In this document: in pieces, positions 45,341-59,880 of the stretch
Layout: each line of letters opens with the position of its first letter
How positions within the stretch are numbered: position 1 is the first letter of the stretch
Origin: the human T2T-CHM13v2.0 reference genome, Homo sapiens
DNA: 64,000 bases
NCBI GenBank assembly: GCA_009914755.4
Contig: CP086569.2
Coordinates: forward strand, 12,800,001-12,864,000
Reading direction: 5' to 3'
Program-made: the position numbers and the translations under genes
Notes under the pieces: generated by a model
Databases searched by the model: none
The model's input: the letters and a program-made list of their open reading frames with translations, nothing else
What the model was told of the DNA's origin: nothing

Positions 45341-45862
45341 TCAGGGGTTTCTAACTCCTAGGTCATGGACTGGCTCCTGTCTGTGGCTTGTTAGGAACCA
45401 GGCTACACCCCAGGAGGTGAGCGGCAGGTGACCAGCAAAGCTTCATCTGTATTTAGAGCTGCTCCCCATGGCTCACATTACCACCTGAGCTCCACCTCCT
45501 CTCAGATCAGTGGTGGCATTAGATTCTTATATGAGAGGAAACCCTCCTGTGAACTACACATGTGAAGGATCTAGATTGCATGCTCCTTATGAGAATCTAA
45601 GGATGCCTGATGATCTATCACTGTCTCCCATCACCTCCAGATGGGACGGTCTAGTTGCTCCCACTGATTCTACATGATGGTGAGTTGTAGAATTATTTCC
45701 TCATGTATTACAAGGGAATAATAATAGAAGGAAATTGCACAATAAATGTCATGTACTCGAATCATCCTGGAACCAACCTCCTCAACCCCACCACCACCAT
45801 CAGTGGAACAATTGTCTTCCACTAAATCAGTCCCTGGTGTCACACAGGTTGGGTACCACTGC
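45341..45862. mobile_element. hAT-type MER1-like non-autonomous DNA transposon (second copy)
   Basis: caggggtttctaactcctaggtcatggactggc...tgttaggaaccaggctacacc.caggaggtgagcggcagg..agcaaagcttcatctgtatttagagctgctcccca...attagattct...tatgagaatctaa. Confidence 0.6.
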
Positions 45863-46020
45863 ACCAAATGTCACTGAATCATACTTCAAAATGGTTAAAA
45901 TAGTCCATTTTATGTTATATGAGTTTTATCCCAAAATAAAAAGTGAAACTCATGAAATTGCTAAGCTTCAGATGCATTTTATTTAAATGAGAAATATTTC
46001 TTTTTAACAGATTATTTCGG

Positions 46021-46310
<290 letters not shown>

Positions 46311-47401
46311 TTAGAGTTAAAGAAGAAAAAAAGAAAAACGAGGAGATGAAAAGCACTATGTGCCCTGGGTGTTTCGGGAGTTTAACTAGGTTAACCTCAT
46401 ATTCCTTAATGGCTTTAAGTTTAAACGTCAAGGCAATAAAACATTTAGTGGTCCTTTTAAACATAAAAATCAGAAGGCATTCTTTCTAAACCAAACAAAT
46501 GGCTCTTTTGCGTATAAAACCAAAAATGCATAGAGTAAAAAAAAATTAATACTAAGCTTTTTGTCTATCCCTTCTCTCTTTTTCCAGTCTTAAACACAAA
46601 GTGGCCTGTAGGAATTTCTTTTAACTTCTCTGAATTTTTATATACAGTGAATCATCTATTAATAAATATTGTTGTGTGCCATTTAAAATATTTTACATAA
46701 TGAATGAATAACACTCATACTTAATTAAGCCTATCTTTACAATGTTTATGTCTGAGAAATAAATGAGGAAAGACTGATCATAAACAATTATCTTATAATA
46801 ATTTAGTCTTATCTAATATCATTAGATAAGAATATTATATTATTAGATAATAGTAATAATGTGATCTAATAATTTTCAAAATAAAAATCCATGGGTAAAA
46901 TACTCTGTCTCATAATAAAAATACAATATAACATAATAATAAATACGAAGCAAAACTTACCTTTATATGTTGGTTCTTCCTTCTTTCCTATAGTTCCTTA
47001 TCAGAGGAGTAGTGGATTTGGTAATTTAAGAGGTGTTGAATCTTCCCTTCAGCAACCACATGGCTGCACAGGGAGTCAGCTCACAAGTCATGCATCAATT
47101 ATGAGGACAGATGATAGACCCATCGCTTTTAGTAAAGAGAAGGGCCCTGTGATTCAGGAACACAGATTTTTTAAAAAATGGAGTGAGATAGCTACAACAT
47201 TTTTGGACAGCTATTGTTTTCTTTAAGTTTCCAATTATTTTTCACCAGTCTGGTATCCATCAGGAAAATACACATCACCCTCACTTCATTTCAAGCAAGA
47301 AGACGTTCTCTGCAGAGCCCTGGGTCCTTGCACTATTATCTGGAATTGTTTCTTTCCAGTGCTGTTGCCTAGGGGAACATTTCTTCTCAATGCATCCTTG
47401 A

Positions 47402-47845
<444 letters not shown>

Positions 47846-48099
47846 GAACGTGCATCTTTCTAATTCCAAGTAGTTTTATTATAAAGTAATATTCCTTCAG
47901 ATGTTTGAAAACTCTGCTTCATACTTTCTGATACATTGTGTCTTTCTGATAAGAAGTCTAAAGCTGGTAATAGCTTTCTTTTTAAATTTATAGATAAAGG
48001 CCTCTTTCTTTCTCCTCTGATTACGGAATGTATCTAGTGTCTGTCTCCCTTTTATTTTCCCCTTGAAATACATGTGTAGTAGACCGCACAATCATGTTC

Positions 48100-48189
48100 A
48101 TAGCAGCTTTATTCTCCACAGCCAAAAGGCAGAAGCAACCCAGGTGTCCATCAACAGGTGAATTTCAACGTGGTAAAACCCTGCTTCTA

Positions 48190-48228
<39 letters not shown>

Positions 48229-48935
48229 GCCAAACAGGAAATGTGTTATATACAAAAAAGGAATATTTAGCCTTAAAAAGGAAGGAAAATCTAGTAAGTG
48301 GTACAACATGAATGAATTTCAAAGATGTTTTGCTATGTAAAATAGGCCAGAACAAAAAGACAAATAGTGGTGGGGTGCAGTGGCTCATGCCTATAATCCC
48401 AGCATATTGGGAGGCCAAGGTGAGGGGATGGCTTGAGATCAGGAGTTCGAGATCAATCTGGGCAACAGAGTGAGACCCCATCTTTACAAAAAATAAAAAA
48501 GTTAGCTGGGTGTAGTCATGTATGCCTGTGATCCCACCTACTTAGGAGGCTGAGGCAGGAGGATCGTTTGAGCCCAGGAGATTGAGGCTGCAGTAAGCTA
48601 TGATCACATCACTGCATCCCAGCCTGGGCAACAGACTAAGATCTTGTTTCAGAAAAACAAAAAACAAAAAACACAAATAGTGCATGATTCTATTTATATG
48701 AAGTAACAAGAATAATCAAAGTCATAGAGAAAGTAGAATGGGGGTTCCAGGGGATTGAGGAAGGGGGAATGAGGAGTTAGTGTCTATTGTGGACAGAGTT
48801 TCAGTGAAGAAGGTGAAAAAATTCTGGGATGGATGGTGGTGATGGTTGCACAACATGTAAATGTCCTTAAAGCCCCTGAAATGTATATTTAAAATGGTAA
48901 GTTTTATAATGGGGAAATTTCAAATTTTATTAATA
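48100..48935 (+). mobile_element. Old L1 (L1M-like) 3' end. It is interrupted by a pure A41 run (48187-48227) and an Alu (48372-48675).
   Basis: ttctccacagccaaaaggcagaagcaacccaggtgtccatcaacaggtgaat ... ggaaggaaaatctagtaagtggtacaacatgaatgaatttcaaagatgttttgctatgtaaaataggccag ... gttgcacaacatgtaaatgtccttaaagcccctgaaatgtatatttaaaatggtaagttttataa matches the L1MA/L1MB 3' consensus. Confidence 0.75.
48372..48675 (+). mobile_element. Alu nested in the old L1
   Basis: Consensus match. Confidence 0.9.
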
Positions 48936-48972
48936 TATAATATTATATTTATGTATACACACACAAGCACAC

Positions 48973-49006
<34 letters not shown>

Positions 49007-49039
49007 CACACATATATAGCGACATTAAAAAATAGGTAT

Positions 49040-49327
49040 GTGGTGGGGTGTGGTGACTCACAGATGTAATCCCAGCAATTTGGGGGGCTGAGGTGGGTGG
49101 ATCTCTCTAGCCCAGGAGTTGAAGACCAGCCTGGGCAACGTGGGAGAACCTGGTCTCTACAAAAACAAAAAATAAAAATTAGTCAGTTGTGGTGGCTCAC
49201 ACCTGTAGTCCCAGCTACTTGGGAGGCTCAGGCAGGAGGATTGCTTGAGCCCAGGAGGTATAGGCTACAGTGAGCCATGTTTGCACCACTACATTCCAGC
49301 CTGGGTGACAAAGTAAGACCCTGTCTC

Positions 49328-49328
<1 letters not shown>
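49040..49328 (+). mobile_element. Alu whose tail became a (GATA)n STR
   Basis: Consensus match. Confidence 0.9.
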
Positions 49329-49385
<57 letters not shown>

Positions 49386-49423
49386 GTAGATAGACAGACA
49401 GACAGGTAGATAGATAGATAGAT
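49329..49423 (+). repeat. (GATA)14 perfect tetranucleotide STR followed by GGTA/GACA variants
   Basis: Direct reading. Confidence 0.95.
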
Positions 49424-50446
49424 GTGCAACTGGGAGGAACTTTGGCATTGTACTTTGTAATGAGTTTGTCATCACCCAAAACATGTAGTAACAGATCATG
49501 GGCACCATTACAAAGAGGTAGCTCAGCAGTCATGTGGCTTGCTGCTCCTTTGCGACCTCAGCTCTGCATCTGGTCTTCAGAGTGTCATCGAGTCAAAGCA
49601 CAAATAATATTTATTCCATTAAAACCAATCTGTTCATGATACAGGGGTGTTCCCACTAGTTGTCAACCACTTTTTACAGAGCTTACTGGAAAAGTTGCTT
49701 TGGAATCCAGCAGAATGAATCAGAAGGTGCTTTGTCTAAAGTGAACTTCATCTTGAAATATTTCCAAATTCATGCAAAAGTAATATTTTCAAAGGCAAAG
49801 CAATTGCCTGCCATCTGCCTCCAAGCTTTGAGATAGAAATGAAAATAGTTAAGAAAACCATGCCACTCTATTTCCATTGAATAATATACCATACCTAAGA
49901 GACTAAAAGATAAACAAAATCTGTAAATTTTCTAAAACAGATTAACATTAATGGAAAAAAATAATTTTGCCTGTGTGCAAATTTTGCTTGCAGTTGTAAA
50001 GTATAGTAGAAGTTATATAATAACAAAAGTGGTTTCCTTTAATGTTTGCTTTTTAGCTTTCTGGATGTTCTATTGCATTTGACAAAGTCAACCCACTTCT
50101 TGAAATTTCTTCACACTTGGTTCCATAGTGAAATGTGACCTCATTTCTTCCCGCTTACTTCTTCTTAGCTGTATCAAGTCCCCTTTCATTCAGCTCTTCA
50201 TGGAAACACCAACAGAAATCCATCATGGACCTTTTGTTCTTCTAATTCTCCAGACTTCTTCTGCACAATCCCATTCCTGCCTCAAACTTCAATCATCGTA
50301 GGTCCTTCCATAATTATGAAAGCTACGAAGTCCCACAATCACCACCAGGTTAATACTGAAAATTCCCTTTTGTTTTACTGCCTCTGTTACAAGCAGCTCC
50401 ATCAGAATGTCAATAAGAAATTGCCATTTATTTTTTATTATTTTAA

Positions 50447-50738
<292 letters not shown>

Positions 50739-51454
50739 AATTGCCATTTCTATTTAATAATAAGGATAGAGACCACTAACATGTATTGAGCACTTATGCT
50801 ATGCCAGAGACTGTTAAGTGCTTTACACAAATTAGCTCATTTCATTATCATAATAACTGTATTATTATTCTCAGTACATCAGAGAAGAAACTGAGGCACA
50901 GTACAATCAATTTACCAGCCCATACAATCAATTTACAGGCCCGTGATTATGCAGCTAATGGCGTACCTGGGAGTCTTACCCCCAAAATTTGGCCCCAAAA
51001 CCAGTATGTCAGGCTGGGAATCATGACATACCAGAAATTCAACATGAATGACATTCACCCCACTCCCTAAATCTCTCTCTCCTCCCTAAAGTCCCTAAAT
51101 CATACATTCCAATCTCATCCTCTTGTTTTCCCAATCAGGAATTTGAGAACTATCCCAGGGCTGCCATCATCTTGATTCTCATATCCAGTGTGTCTATGGG
51201 TCCTTCCAAGCTGATTTCTTACATGTGTATTTCCTTTCATTTCTGTAGCCACAGAGATAGTTGAAACAACATAAATCAAAGTGAGAGCCACAGCTAATGA
51301 GAAAGAAGTCAGAACAAAAACTAACAGCAGCCAAGGAGAGATCTTAACATGAAGGGAGGGCATTCTGCCGCGGGGTGAAGATCAGAATCCAGTCATCTCG
51401 ACATCAGACATTCTAACTAATGAGTTGAGACTATGTCTTGAGATTTAACGTGAC

Positions 51455-52300
51455 TGTGCAAGAGCTCTGTATGAGTTTCCTGTGGCTGCTAAAACAAATA
51501 CTAAAAATGCTAGGTGAAAACAATACCTATTTATTCATGTGCAGCTCTAGAAATAAGAAGTCCTAAATGGGTCTCCTGGGGCTAAAATCAAAGTGTCAGC
51601 CAGGTTGGTTCCTTCTGGAGGATGCAGAAAAGAATCAATTTCCTTGCAATTTGTACCTCCTATAGGCTGCCTGCATTCCTTGGCATGTGGTTTCCCTCTT
51701 CATCTTCAAAACCAGCAACAACAGCAGAGACCATCTCACATCTCATCATTCTAACCTCCATTTCTGCCTCCCTCTTCTATTTTTAAGAGCCCTTGCAATT
51801 ACTTGGATAACCCAGAATAATCTCCTCATTTTAGGATCAGCTGATGAGCAAACTTCATTTTCCCTCCAACTTTGATTCACTTATTGCCATATAAGGTAAC
51901 ATTTTCGTAGGTTCTGGGAAAGAGGATGTAAAAACATTTAGTTAAGGATCTTGAGATGAGATCATCCTGGAGTAAAGTCAACCCTAAATGCAATGACAGG
52001 AGTCCTTCTAAGAGACAAAAGAGGAGATGGTACACACAGAAAGGAGAAGGCCACATGGAGACAGAGGCAGAGACTGGAGTGATGCAGCCACAAGCTCAGG
52101 AATCTCTGGAGCCCCCAGGTGCTGGGAGAGGCAGGAAGGATCCTCCCTTAGAGCCTCCAGAGAGACTGTAGCCCTGCCCACACCTTGATCTCAGACTTCT
52201 GGCCTCCAGAACTGGCAGATCATAAATTGCTGTGGTTTTAAGACACTCAGTTAGTGGCGATTTGTGTGGCAGTCCAGATTGCACCCATGTTTGAAGGCTA
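51455..52300. repeat. Near full-length copy of the unnamed interspersed repeat family. Its two ends are reverse complements of each other.
   Basis: Starts gtttcctgtggctgctaaaacaaatac...gtgcagctctagaaataagaagtcctaaatgggtctcctggggctaaaatcaa. Ends ...ccttgatctcagacttctggcctccagaactggcagatcataaattgctgtggttttaagacactcagttagtggcgatttgtgtggcag. Confidence 0.45.
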
Positions 52301-52957
52301 ATTAGGAATCATTACCAAACCACACGGTTTCTGTTTAAACTAAGTATTCTTTGCCTTTTTCTTCTTTGTAAGGTACTCAGGGCAACATTTAGAGGCTGAA
52401 TTTTCTGATCCAGGCTTTCTAATGGCTTTGAGTTATTTGTTTCCTTCACTTTATTCATAAGATAGTTATATTTATATCTTTAAAGAGCATGTTCCAAAGT
52501 GTTATAATACTTCTTTAAAATACATTAGTGCTCCTTTGAATTTAGTCTGAGTTTTAGTGAATTTCTAAGCTTGTCCACTTACAAACACACACCTATATTT
52601 ATAATCAAGTAAATCTCAGTATGTTTTGATCTCATGATTACACAGGGAATCAAAGATCACTGGGTTTAAGAACTAATTTCCTCTGCTGTATTTTAAGAAT
52701 AACTTAAACCTTGCTCCATGATTCACCCCTGGTCTGTTAATTAAGGCCGCTTCTTCTAATTCATGAAAGAGACATCTTACCAAAAGGGAAAGCATTTCAT
52801 GTGGTGTCCTATAGAATTTTGAGTATTCATCATTTATAGGAAGTCTTTCTGAAATGAATAGTTTCATGCTGAAGGAGAGACCATTTGCCATTTTTATTTT
52901 GAAAAGTGAGGTGGGTCTTGGAATCTATCCACATGTAAGAAGAATGTCCTAGGACAG

Positions 52958-53480
52958 GGGTTTGCAACCCCAGGGGCCATGAACTGCTACCTGCCTGTTA
53001 AAAACCAGGTTGCACAGCAGGAGGTGAGCAGCAGGGCAGTGAGTGAGGCTTCATCTGTATTTATAGCTGCTTCCCATCCTGAGCTCCACCTCCTGTCAGA
53101 TCAGCAGCAGCATTAGATTCCTACTGGAGCAGAAACCCTATTGTGAACTGCACATACGAGGGATCTAGGCTGCAGGCTCCTTATGAGAATCCAATGCCTG
53201 ATGATTTGTCACTGTCTCTCCCATCACCCCCAGATGGGACTGTCTAGCTTCAGCAGAACAAGCACGGGGCTCCCATGGATTCTACATCGTGGTGAGTTGT
53301 AGAATTATTTCATTACATATTACAGTGGAATAATAATATACATAAAGGACACAATAAATGTAATGTGCTTGAATCATCCCAAAACCACATGTCCCACCCC
53401 CATCCTGCTCCATGGAAAAACTGTCTTCCATGAAACTGGTCCCTGGTGCAAGAAAGATTAGGGACCGCTGCCCTAGGAGA
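52958..53480. mobile_element. hAT-type MER1-like non-autonomous DNA transposon (third copy)
   Basis: caggggtttgcaaccccaggggccatgaactgc...ttaaaaaccaggttgcacagcaggaggtgagcagcagg...agcagcattagattc..ccttatgagaatccaatgcctgatga. Collinear with 45341-45862. Confidence 0.6.
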
Positions 53481-53966
53481 TTTCTAGACCATGCCACTTG
53501 AGGGCAACGTCTCCACCAGCCAGTAGTGCTGAGAACTAGCTTCAGTGACATTCTATCCTCCTTCGTCACAAGCTTCTAGGGCAGCTTCCATGTGGAATCC
53601 CCTAGAAGCCATTTGGTTTTTATTCCAAGAGGCCGCTTGTCTGAAAGAAGACAAGTCAGCAAAAATGTAAGCCAAAACAGTTTGGAGGAAGAAAAAGGGT
53701 TTTGACTCTTTAAATATAGAATTTTTAAAACTAGACTTTATTTTTAGAGCAGTCTAAGCTGCGAAATTGAGCAGAAGGCACATAAATTTTTATATATCCC
53801 TTTCCTACACACACACACACCCTCTTCCATGATCAATATCTCTCAGCAGAGTGAGACATTTGTTACAACAGATGAACTCACACGGAGACATCAAAGTCAC
53901 CCAAAGTCCGTAGTTTTCATTAGGGTTCCCTCTTTATGTGAACTCCAGAATTATGAGTATTTATCA

Positions 53967-54335
<369 letters not shown>

Positions 54336-54539
54336 AGCTAGGTCTCGGTTTCTCCTGAATTGCCCATCTAGGATTGAGGTCTTTGAAGGGATTAATTAAT
54401 AATTGCTGACATTTTCTTGCCTTTCCCTGTCGGCAATTCACTGGCCTGTGTGGTCTGGGTCAGGGAGGAAGCGGGTAACCTTCCATACCTTCCATGATCT
54501 CATCTTCTGCAGCTGGTTTTCTTTTTTCTTTTTCTTTCT

Positions 54540-54828
54540 TTTTTTTTAAGACGGAGTTTTGCTCTGTTGCCCAGGTTGGAGGGAGTGCAGTGGCGCGGTC
54601 TTGGCTCACTGCAAGCTCCGCCTCCCGGGTTCACACCATTCTCCTGCCTCTCCCGAGTAGCTGGGACTACAGGCTCCCGCGACCACGCCCGGCTAATTTT
54701 TTGTGTTTTTAGTAGAGATTGGGGTTCACTGTATTAAACAGGATGGTCTCGATCTCCTGACCTCAGGTGATCCGCCGGCCTTGGCCTCCCAAAGTGCTGG
54801 GATTACAGGCCTGAGCTACCTTGTCTGG
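54540..54828 (-). mobile_element. Alu (AluY-like)
   Basis: Reverse-complement Alu consensus. Confidence 0.9.
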
Positions 54829-56259
54829 CCTGCAGCTGGTTTTCTACCGACTGAAATTTTAGGGATCCAGAGCGGAGAAGGCTGTGTCTGTGAGTTCCAC
54901 TGTTCTTGGTGCTGCTGGTCCGGGTAAGACACAGTAGTAGATAAACAGCTTTCATTTTGCCCAGAAATCCCCATCAGCACATCTGCCCAAGCTGGGTCAG
55001 GCTCGTTCACTTCTCCACGATGTGTTTTCTCTGTAGGGTGATATGCACCATGCTAAGCAGAATTTTCTCCAGCCTAATCTGCAGAGATAACTCAACTGTG
55101 CTCAGGAGAGCTAGAGGGTTTCTCTGACGTGTTCTTTGTATTTATTTACTTATTTTCCACGCTGCTGTTCTATTTTAAAGTATGCTGTTGAGAAAATCTG
55201 GAAGCATTTTAGTACATGCAAGAGAACAGAGTATTCCTACCGACTGTGCTATGAGGATAAGAAGGAAAACAAAAATACCCCCTCATTTTCATTGAGGTGG
55301 CCAGTAGCCCGTATTTTCATTGAAGGTTTACCCTAGACAGATGAGGGCAAGTTCTCATGGAAAATTCCTAAAAGTCTGTTTCTGCTGAAATAAAGATACA
55401 ACCCCACTAGCTATTAGTCTGCCCCTGGGATTTCTGAGCTATGCAAGCCCATGAGTTTGAAGTAGAGATTTCCTGTGTCGATTTTTTTTTCCCTCCAGTC
55501 ATCCAAGGGTATTCACTAGGTCAGCCTTTCTCTTGATTATAGAGCTTGCGAAGCAGTAGGGTTTGCACTCATGTGACTCAGAAAGTTACTTTTACAATCT
55601 CTGTTAAGAAAATTACATAGTGATCTACAGAGTCCTTTAGAATATTAGAGTTTCACATTGAAATCAGAAACTCCAGGAACTGCAGTTCATACATGAAACA
55701 GCCAGTGTACTTCCAGAGACCTTGCCTTGGGGTAAAAGATGGATATGAAGATGAAAGACAGCAATAAAGTTGAAAAAAATGACTGTAGGTTCGCTGGATC
55801 CTATGTATAAATATTCACTGCAGACGTGGTGCATGTAGTATGTTCACTTCTCTCTGTACAACATTGCATTCTGTCCTTATGACACCTCCAAGAAGTAAAA
55901 TTACCCTTATTGTACCCTTGAGAAATCTGGTTTTAGGAAGGGAGAATAGTGTGTTCTAGGCCCTCTGGTCAAGAAATGGCGAGTAGTAGGAGGAGGTGGT
56001 TTGAGTTCTACTGTCAGACTCGATCACCTATGGCTCTGCTGTTGGTCAAAGGCTTGCAAGAAAAGTGGATTTTAAAGATCTTATGACTGAGGCAGAGGGA
56101 TGATGGCTCCCCAGTGGTAAGGGCCTCCTGGGTCTCCTGGGCTGCAAGTTTCCCTATCTCCACATTTCTAAAGCAAAAGGGGTCTCGATGGAGGATCAGG
56201 GTTGGGTGATGGGAAGTGAGCTAGCAAACCTGTCTGGATTTCCTTCTGAATGCATGAGT

Positions 56260-56620
56260 CTAGGGGGTTGAATTTAAAGGGCTGGCACTTCTCAATCATG
56301 TCTTTTCCATGCATCACTTTTTAAAACTGGGATGCCATCAGCCTGCTTCAGGAGCATCTCAGCAAACAGGATTTGTTACACAAGGAAATGGTACCATTAG
56401 GCTTGTAAAAAAAAAGCTCTATTTTTTTATATTCACTGATGTCTTTTGTAGATCAAAGACAAAACAGGCAAATGTTGATAATAAGGACATGTTGTCAAAA
56501 TGCTGGTTCAGGGAGAGAAATGCTGCTAACCAGAGGAACAGTAAAAAGCAGTGGCTAGTAAGTCACTGGTTCATCTGCAACAAGCCACAATCCATCAGGT
56601 TCCATGGCATTTAGCAATTA
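56260..56620 (+). repeat. Copy A of a local direct duplication. Copy B is 58900-58980 plus 59885-60165, about 80% identical.
   Basis: ggcacttctcaat.at..tttttccatgcat...ttttaaaaactg ... gcttcagg.gcatctcagca.aca.gatt.gtt..acaag ... accattaggcttgtaaaaaaa ... atgtcttttgtagatcaaag.acaaaacaggcaaa ... gatatgtt.tcaaaatgctgg.tcagg.agag. The alignment is readable in both copies. ORFs 56309-56614 and 60000-60212 share DMLSKCW.RER.A.NQR.S.KQ. Confidence 0.75.
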
Positions 56621-57540
56621 GGAGGGCTCCAATCTTTTGTTAATCACTGAGCTCAGTATCATTCTTTTGCTTGAAGTACATTCTGTAGCTACAAGGACTG
56701 ACCTGCCCTTCATTTGATCATCCTTCCTCACCCTCCACATGGTGGAATTATTAGCAAACAGATGAATTTAATTTAACTGACATGTACTGCAAACCTCCTG
56801 TATTTAAGGAACTCTCTTGGCACTTCAAGGGATTCAACAATTAATCAAACATGGTCCCTGCTCTAGGAACACATCACCAAGCAAGCAGGTAACATTAGCA
56901 GGACAAATGTCAAAATAAAAAAGACTACATACAGCAAACTATGCATTTTACTTAACAAAAAGGATGGAATGACGAGATTCCATAATACTTTCTTTGTGGA
57001 TATATTGTACAAGTTACATCCTGGGACTTTTCTACTCTAGGCATTTCCTTTTTATTAGTATGTGTGTAATTAAAAAATAATTTATTGAGGTTAAATTCAC
57101 ATCATAAAGTAAACCATGTTAAAGTAATAATGTAATGGCATTTCATACATCTCAGTGTTGTGCAGCCATCACCTGCGCATAGTTCCAGATTTTTGTTGCC
57201 CCAAGCTATAATTCTGCATCCATCCAGAGGTTTCTTTCCACTGCTCACTCACCGTCATCCAATGCATGAAATTTTCAAAGCAGAATTGAATTAGTTTACC
57301 TGATATTTTATTTACTTCAGACTTGTAGGGCATTAAAACCATTATATTTGAGTTACCTATCTAATTTCCGTAAACCTCTGTCTTTCACTGCACTTCGATA
57401 AACCAATTTTGGGGTGCAGATTGTCCAGGTAGCACAAGTATTTAGAGGTATGAATATATATTATCTATTAAGTGAACCAATAATATTCCCTCTGAATAAG
57501 CTAGTATAAATAGATTTCCCCACTGCAGGGAAATCCTGAC

Positions 57541-57856
57541 TTTTTTTTTTTTTTTTTTTTTTTTGAGGCAGGGTCTTGCTCTGTCACCCTGTCTGGAGTG
57601 CGCTGGTGCAATCTTGGCTCACTGTCTCAAGTGATTCTCACATTTCAACCCCCAGTATGTAACTGGAACTACAGGCATATGCCACTATGCCTGGCTAGTT
57701 TTTTTGTTTGTTTGTTTGTTTGTTTGTTTGGTGCGTGTGTGTGTGTAGAGATAGGGTTTTCCCATGTTGCCTAGGCTAGTCTCAAACTCCTGGACTTAAG
57801 CAGTCTTCCCACCTCAGCCTCTCAAAGTGCTGGGATTACAGGCATGAGCCACTGCA
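57541..57856 (-). mobile_element. Alu with internal (GTTT)n/(GT)n microsatellites and a T23 run at its 5' side
   Basis: Reverse-complement Alu consensus. Confidence 0.85.
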
Positions 57857-58980
57857 CCTGGCCAAATCTAGACATTTCTTAATAGAATTCAACCTTAGTC
57901 ATGTATTCTTTCATTCATTCATTCACCTATTCATTTATTCAATTGAACACTTGGTGTATGCCAAGCTCTGTGCTATACTCCAGGTGTCAAGAAGCTATGA
58001 CAGCATAAAAAGAAGGTGAGCGATTGTCCACAATGCAGGAAAAAGCCCACATTAGCAATGGGCACAGAGGCAAGGTAATGCTGTACAATGGAGATTGAGG
58101 AGAAGTTTGTCAAAACAGTGGCATAAACCAACAACAACAATAAAAATCAGGGACGTGCTACCTGTTCTTGACAAGCCAGACATATCGGTAAAAGGTAGAG
58201 CCCAGTGACAGGCTGGGAAGCACAAGGCGTGTCACCGGCCACCCATAGAAAACTTCAGCCTTGGGTTTGAGGATGATAGCACCCCTCTAAATCTCAGTTA
58301 TCAGCTGGAAGGGACAAATTAAGGCATTGATGGAGGAAGAAGTTGTCAAAATCTAAGACATACCCATGCAACTGTAGAGTGAGAGGCAGAGAGAAGAGCA
58401 CATTGGGCCCAGAGATTGTTAGGCATCAGGAACTAAACTTGGCAACCAGGTGACTATGAGGAAGGTGTGAAGGATAGGCAGAAGGCAAGGATGACTTGAG
58501 TTTCTACTTTACTGACTAGATGGGTGGCAACATCATTAACAAGGATAAAGAGATGTTCAAGAGACAGCTGTTTTTTGTTTTGTTTTGTAATTTAATCAAT
58601 GGGTTTGGGGCATGCCCAAGAAAAGGCCTAAGGGCATTATTTGACTAATCCCTGCAACTATGTCAACACATGCTGAAAACTAAAGCTAGAGAAGGAATGA
58701 ATTCCCATTTATGAACCAGTGTTTCCTGACTATCAACTCTGTGGAAGCCACCCTAGGTGTGGGCGGCAGGTGGTGAGGAATTCCTAGACATTGTGTTTCT
58801 TAGGAGGAACTAAGACAGTCCATGCTCCATGCAGGGGAAGCAACTTATTTCTTAGGCTTATTCCTTCCTTCTTCCTGACAGCCCCTGAGAGAGTGCTGGA
58901 TGTAGGGCAGGGCATCAAATCTAAAGAGCAGGCACTTCTCAATTATACTTTTTCCATGCATTGCCTTTTAAAAACTGCAT

Positions 58981-59837
58981 GCCTGCTGGGTGTGGTGGCT
59001 CATGCCTGTAATCCTAGTGTTACATGAGTCCGTGTGAAGAGACCACCAAACAGGCTTTGTGTGAGCAATAAAGCTCTTTAATCACCTGGGTTCAGGTGGG
59101 CTGAATCTGAAAAAGGAGTCAGCACAGGGACATAGGGGTGGGACAGTTTTATAGGATTTGGGAAAGTAGTGGAAAATTACAGTTAAAGGGGGTTGTTCTC
59201 TTGCAGGCAGGGGCAGGGGTCACAAGGTACTCGATGGGGAGATAATGAGACTCATTTTCCAGAAAAAGGAATGCCACAAGGTTAACTGATCAGTCAGGGT
59301 GGGGCAGGAACAAATCACAATGGTGGAATGTCCTCAGTTAAGGCAGGAACTGGCCATTTTCACTTCTCTCTCTTTTTTTTTTTTTTTTTTTTTTTTTTTG
59401 AGTTGGAGTTTTGCTCTTGTTATCCAGGCTGGAGTGCAATGGCACCGGCTCACCATAACCTCTGCCTCTGGGGTTCTTTTGTGGTTTCTTAGTTGCTTCA
59501 GGCCATCTGGATTTATATGTGCAGGTCAAAGGGGATATGATGGCTTAGCTTGTGCTCAGAGGCCTGACACCCAGCACTTTGGGAGGCTGAGGGGGGTAGA
59601 TCCTTGAGGCTAAGAGTTCGAGTCCAGCCTGAATAACATAGTGAGACCCTGTTTGTACAAAAATAATAACAATAATAATAATACAAAAATTAGCCCAGCA
59701 TGGTGGCAAATGCCTGTAGTCGTAGCTACATGGGGGACTGAGGTGGGAGAATCGCTTCTGCCTTGGAGGCGGAGGTTACAGTGAGCCAAGATCACACCAC
59801 CGGCACTCCAGCCTAGGCAACAGAGGGAAGCTCCATC

Positions 59838-59877
<40 letters not shown>

Positions 59878-59880
59878 AAA
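58981..59880 (+). mobile_element. Alu (AluS-like) split by the solo LTR12 insertion. The left piece is 58981-59017. The right piece is 59570-59880, ending in (AAAT)n.
   Basis: ctgggtgtggtggctcatgcctgtaatcctag | LTR | cccagcactttgggaggctgag... The two pieces are continuous in the Alu consensus, with a duplicated CCYAG. Confidence 0.85.
59018..59569 (-). mobile_element. Solo LTR12-family (ERV9) LTR, about 0.55 kb, flanked by a 5-bp TSD (cctag / cccag). It contains a nested antisense partial Alu plus T-run at 59375-59470.
   Basis: Collinear with the provirus LTR at 3040-3573 (tgtgaagagaccaccaaacaggctttgtgtgagcaataaagc ... ttttataggatttggg.a.gta...gaaaattacagt.aaaggg.gttgttctct.gcaggcagggg.aggggtcac.aggt.ctc..tgggga ... 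ggcctgaca). The rc of the right end gives the canonical TGTCAGGCCTCTGAGC start. Confidence 0.75.
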
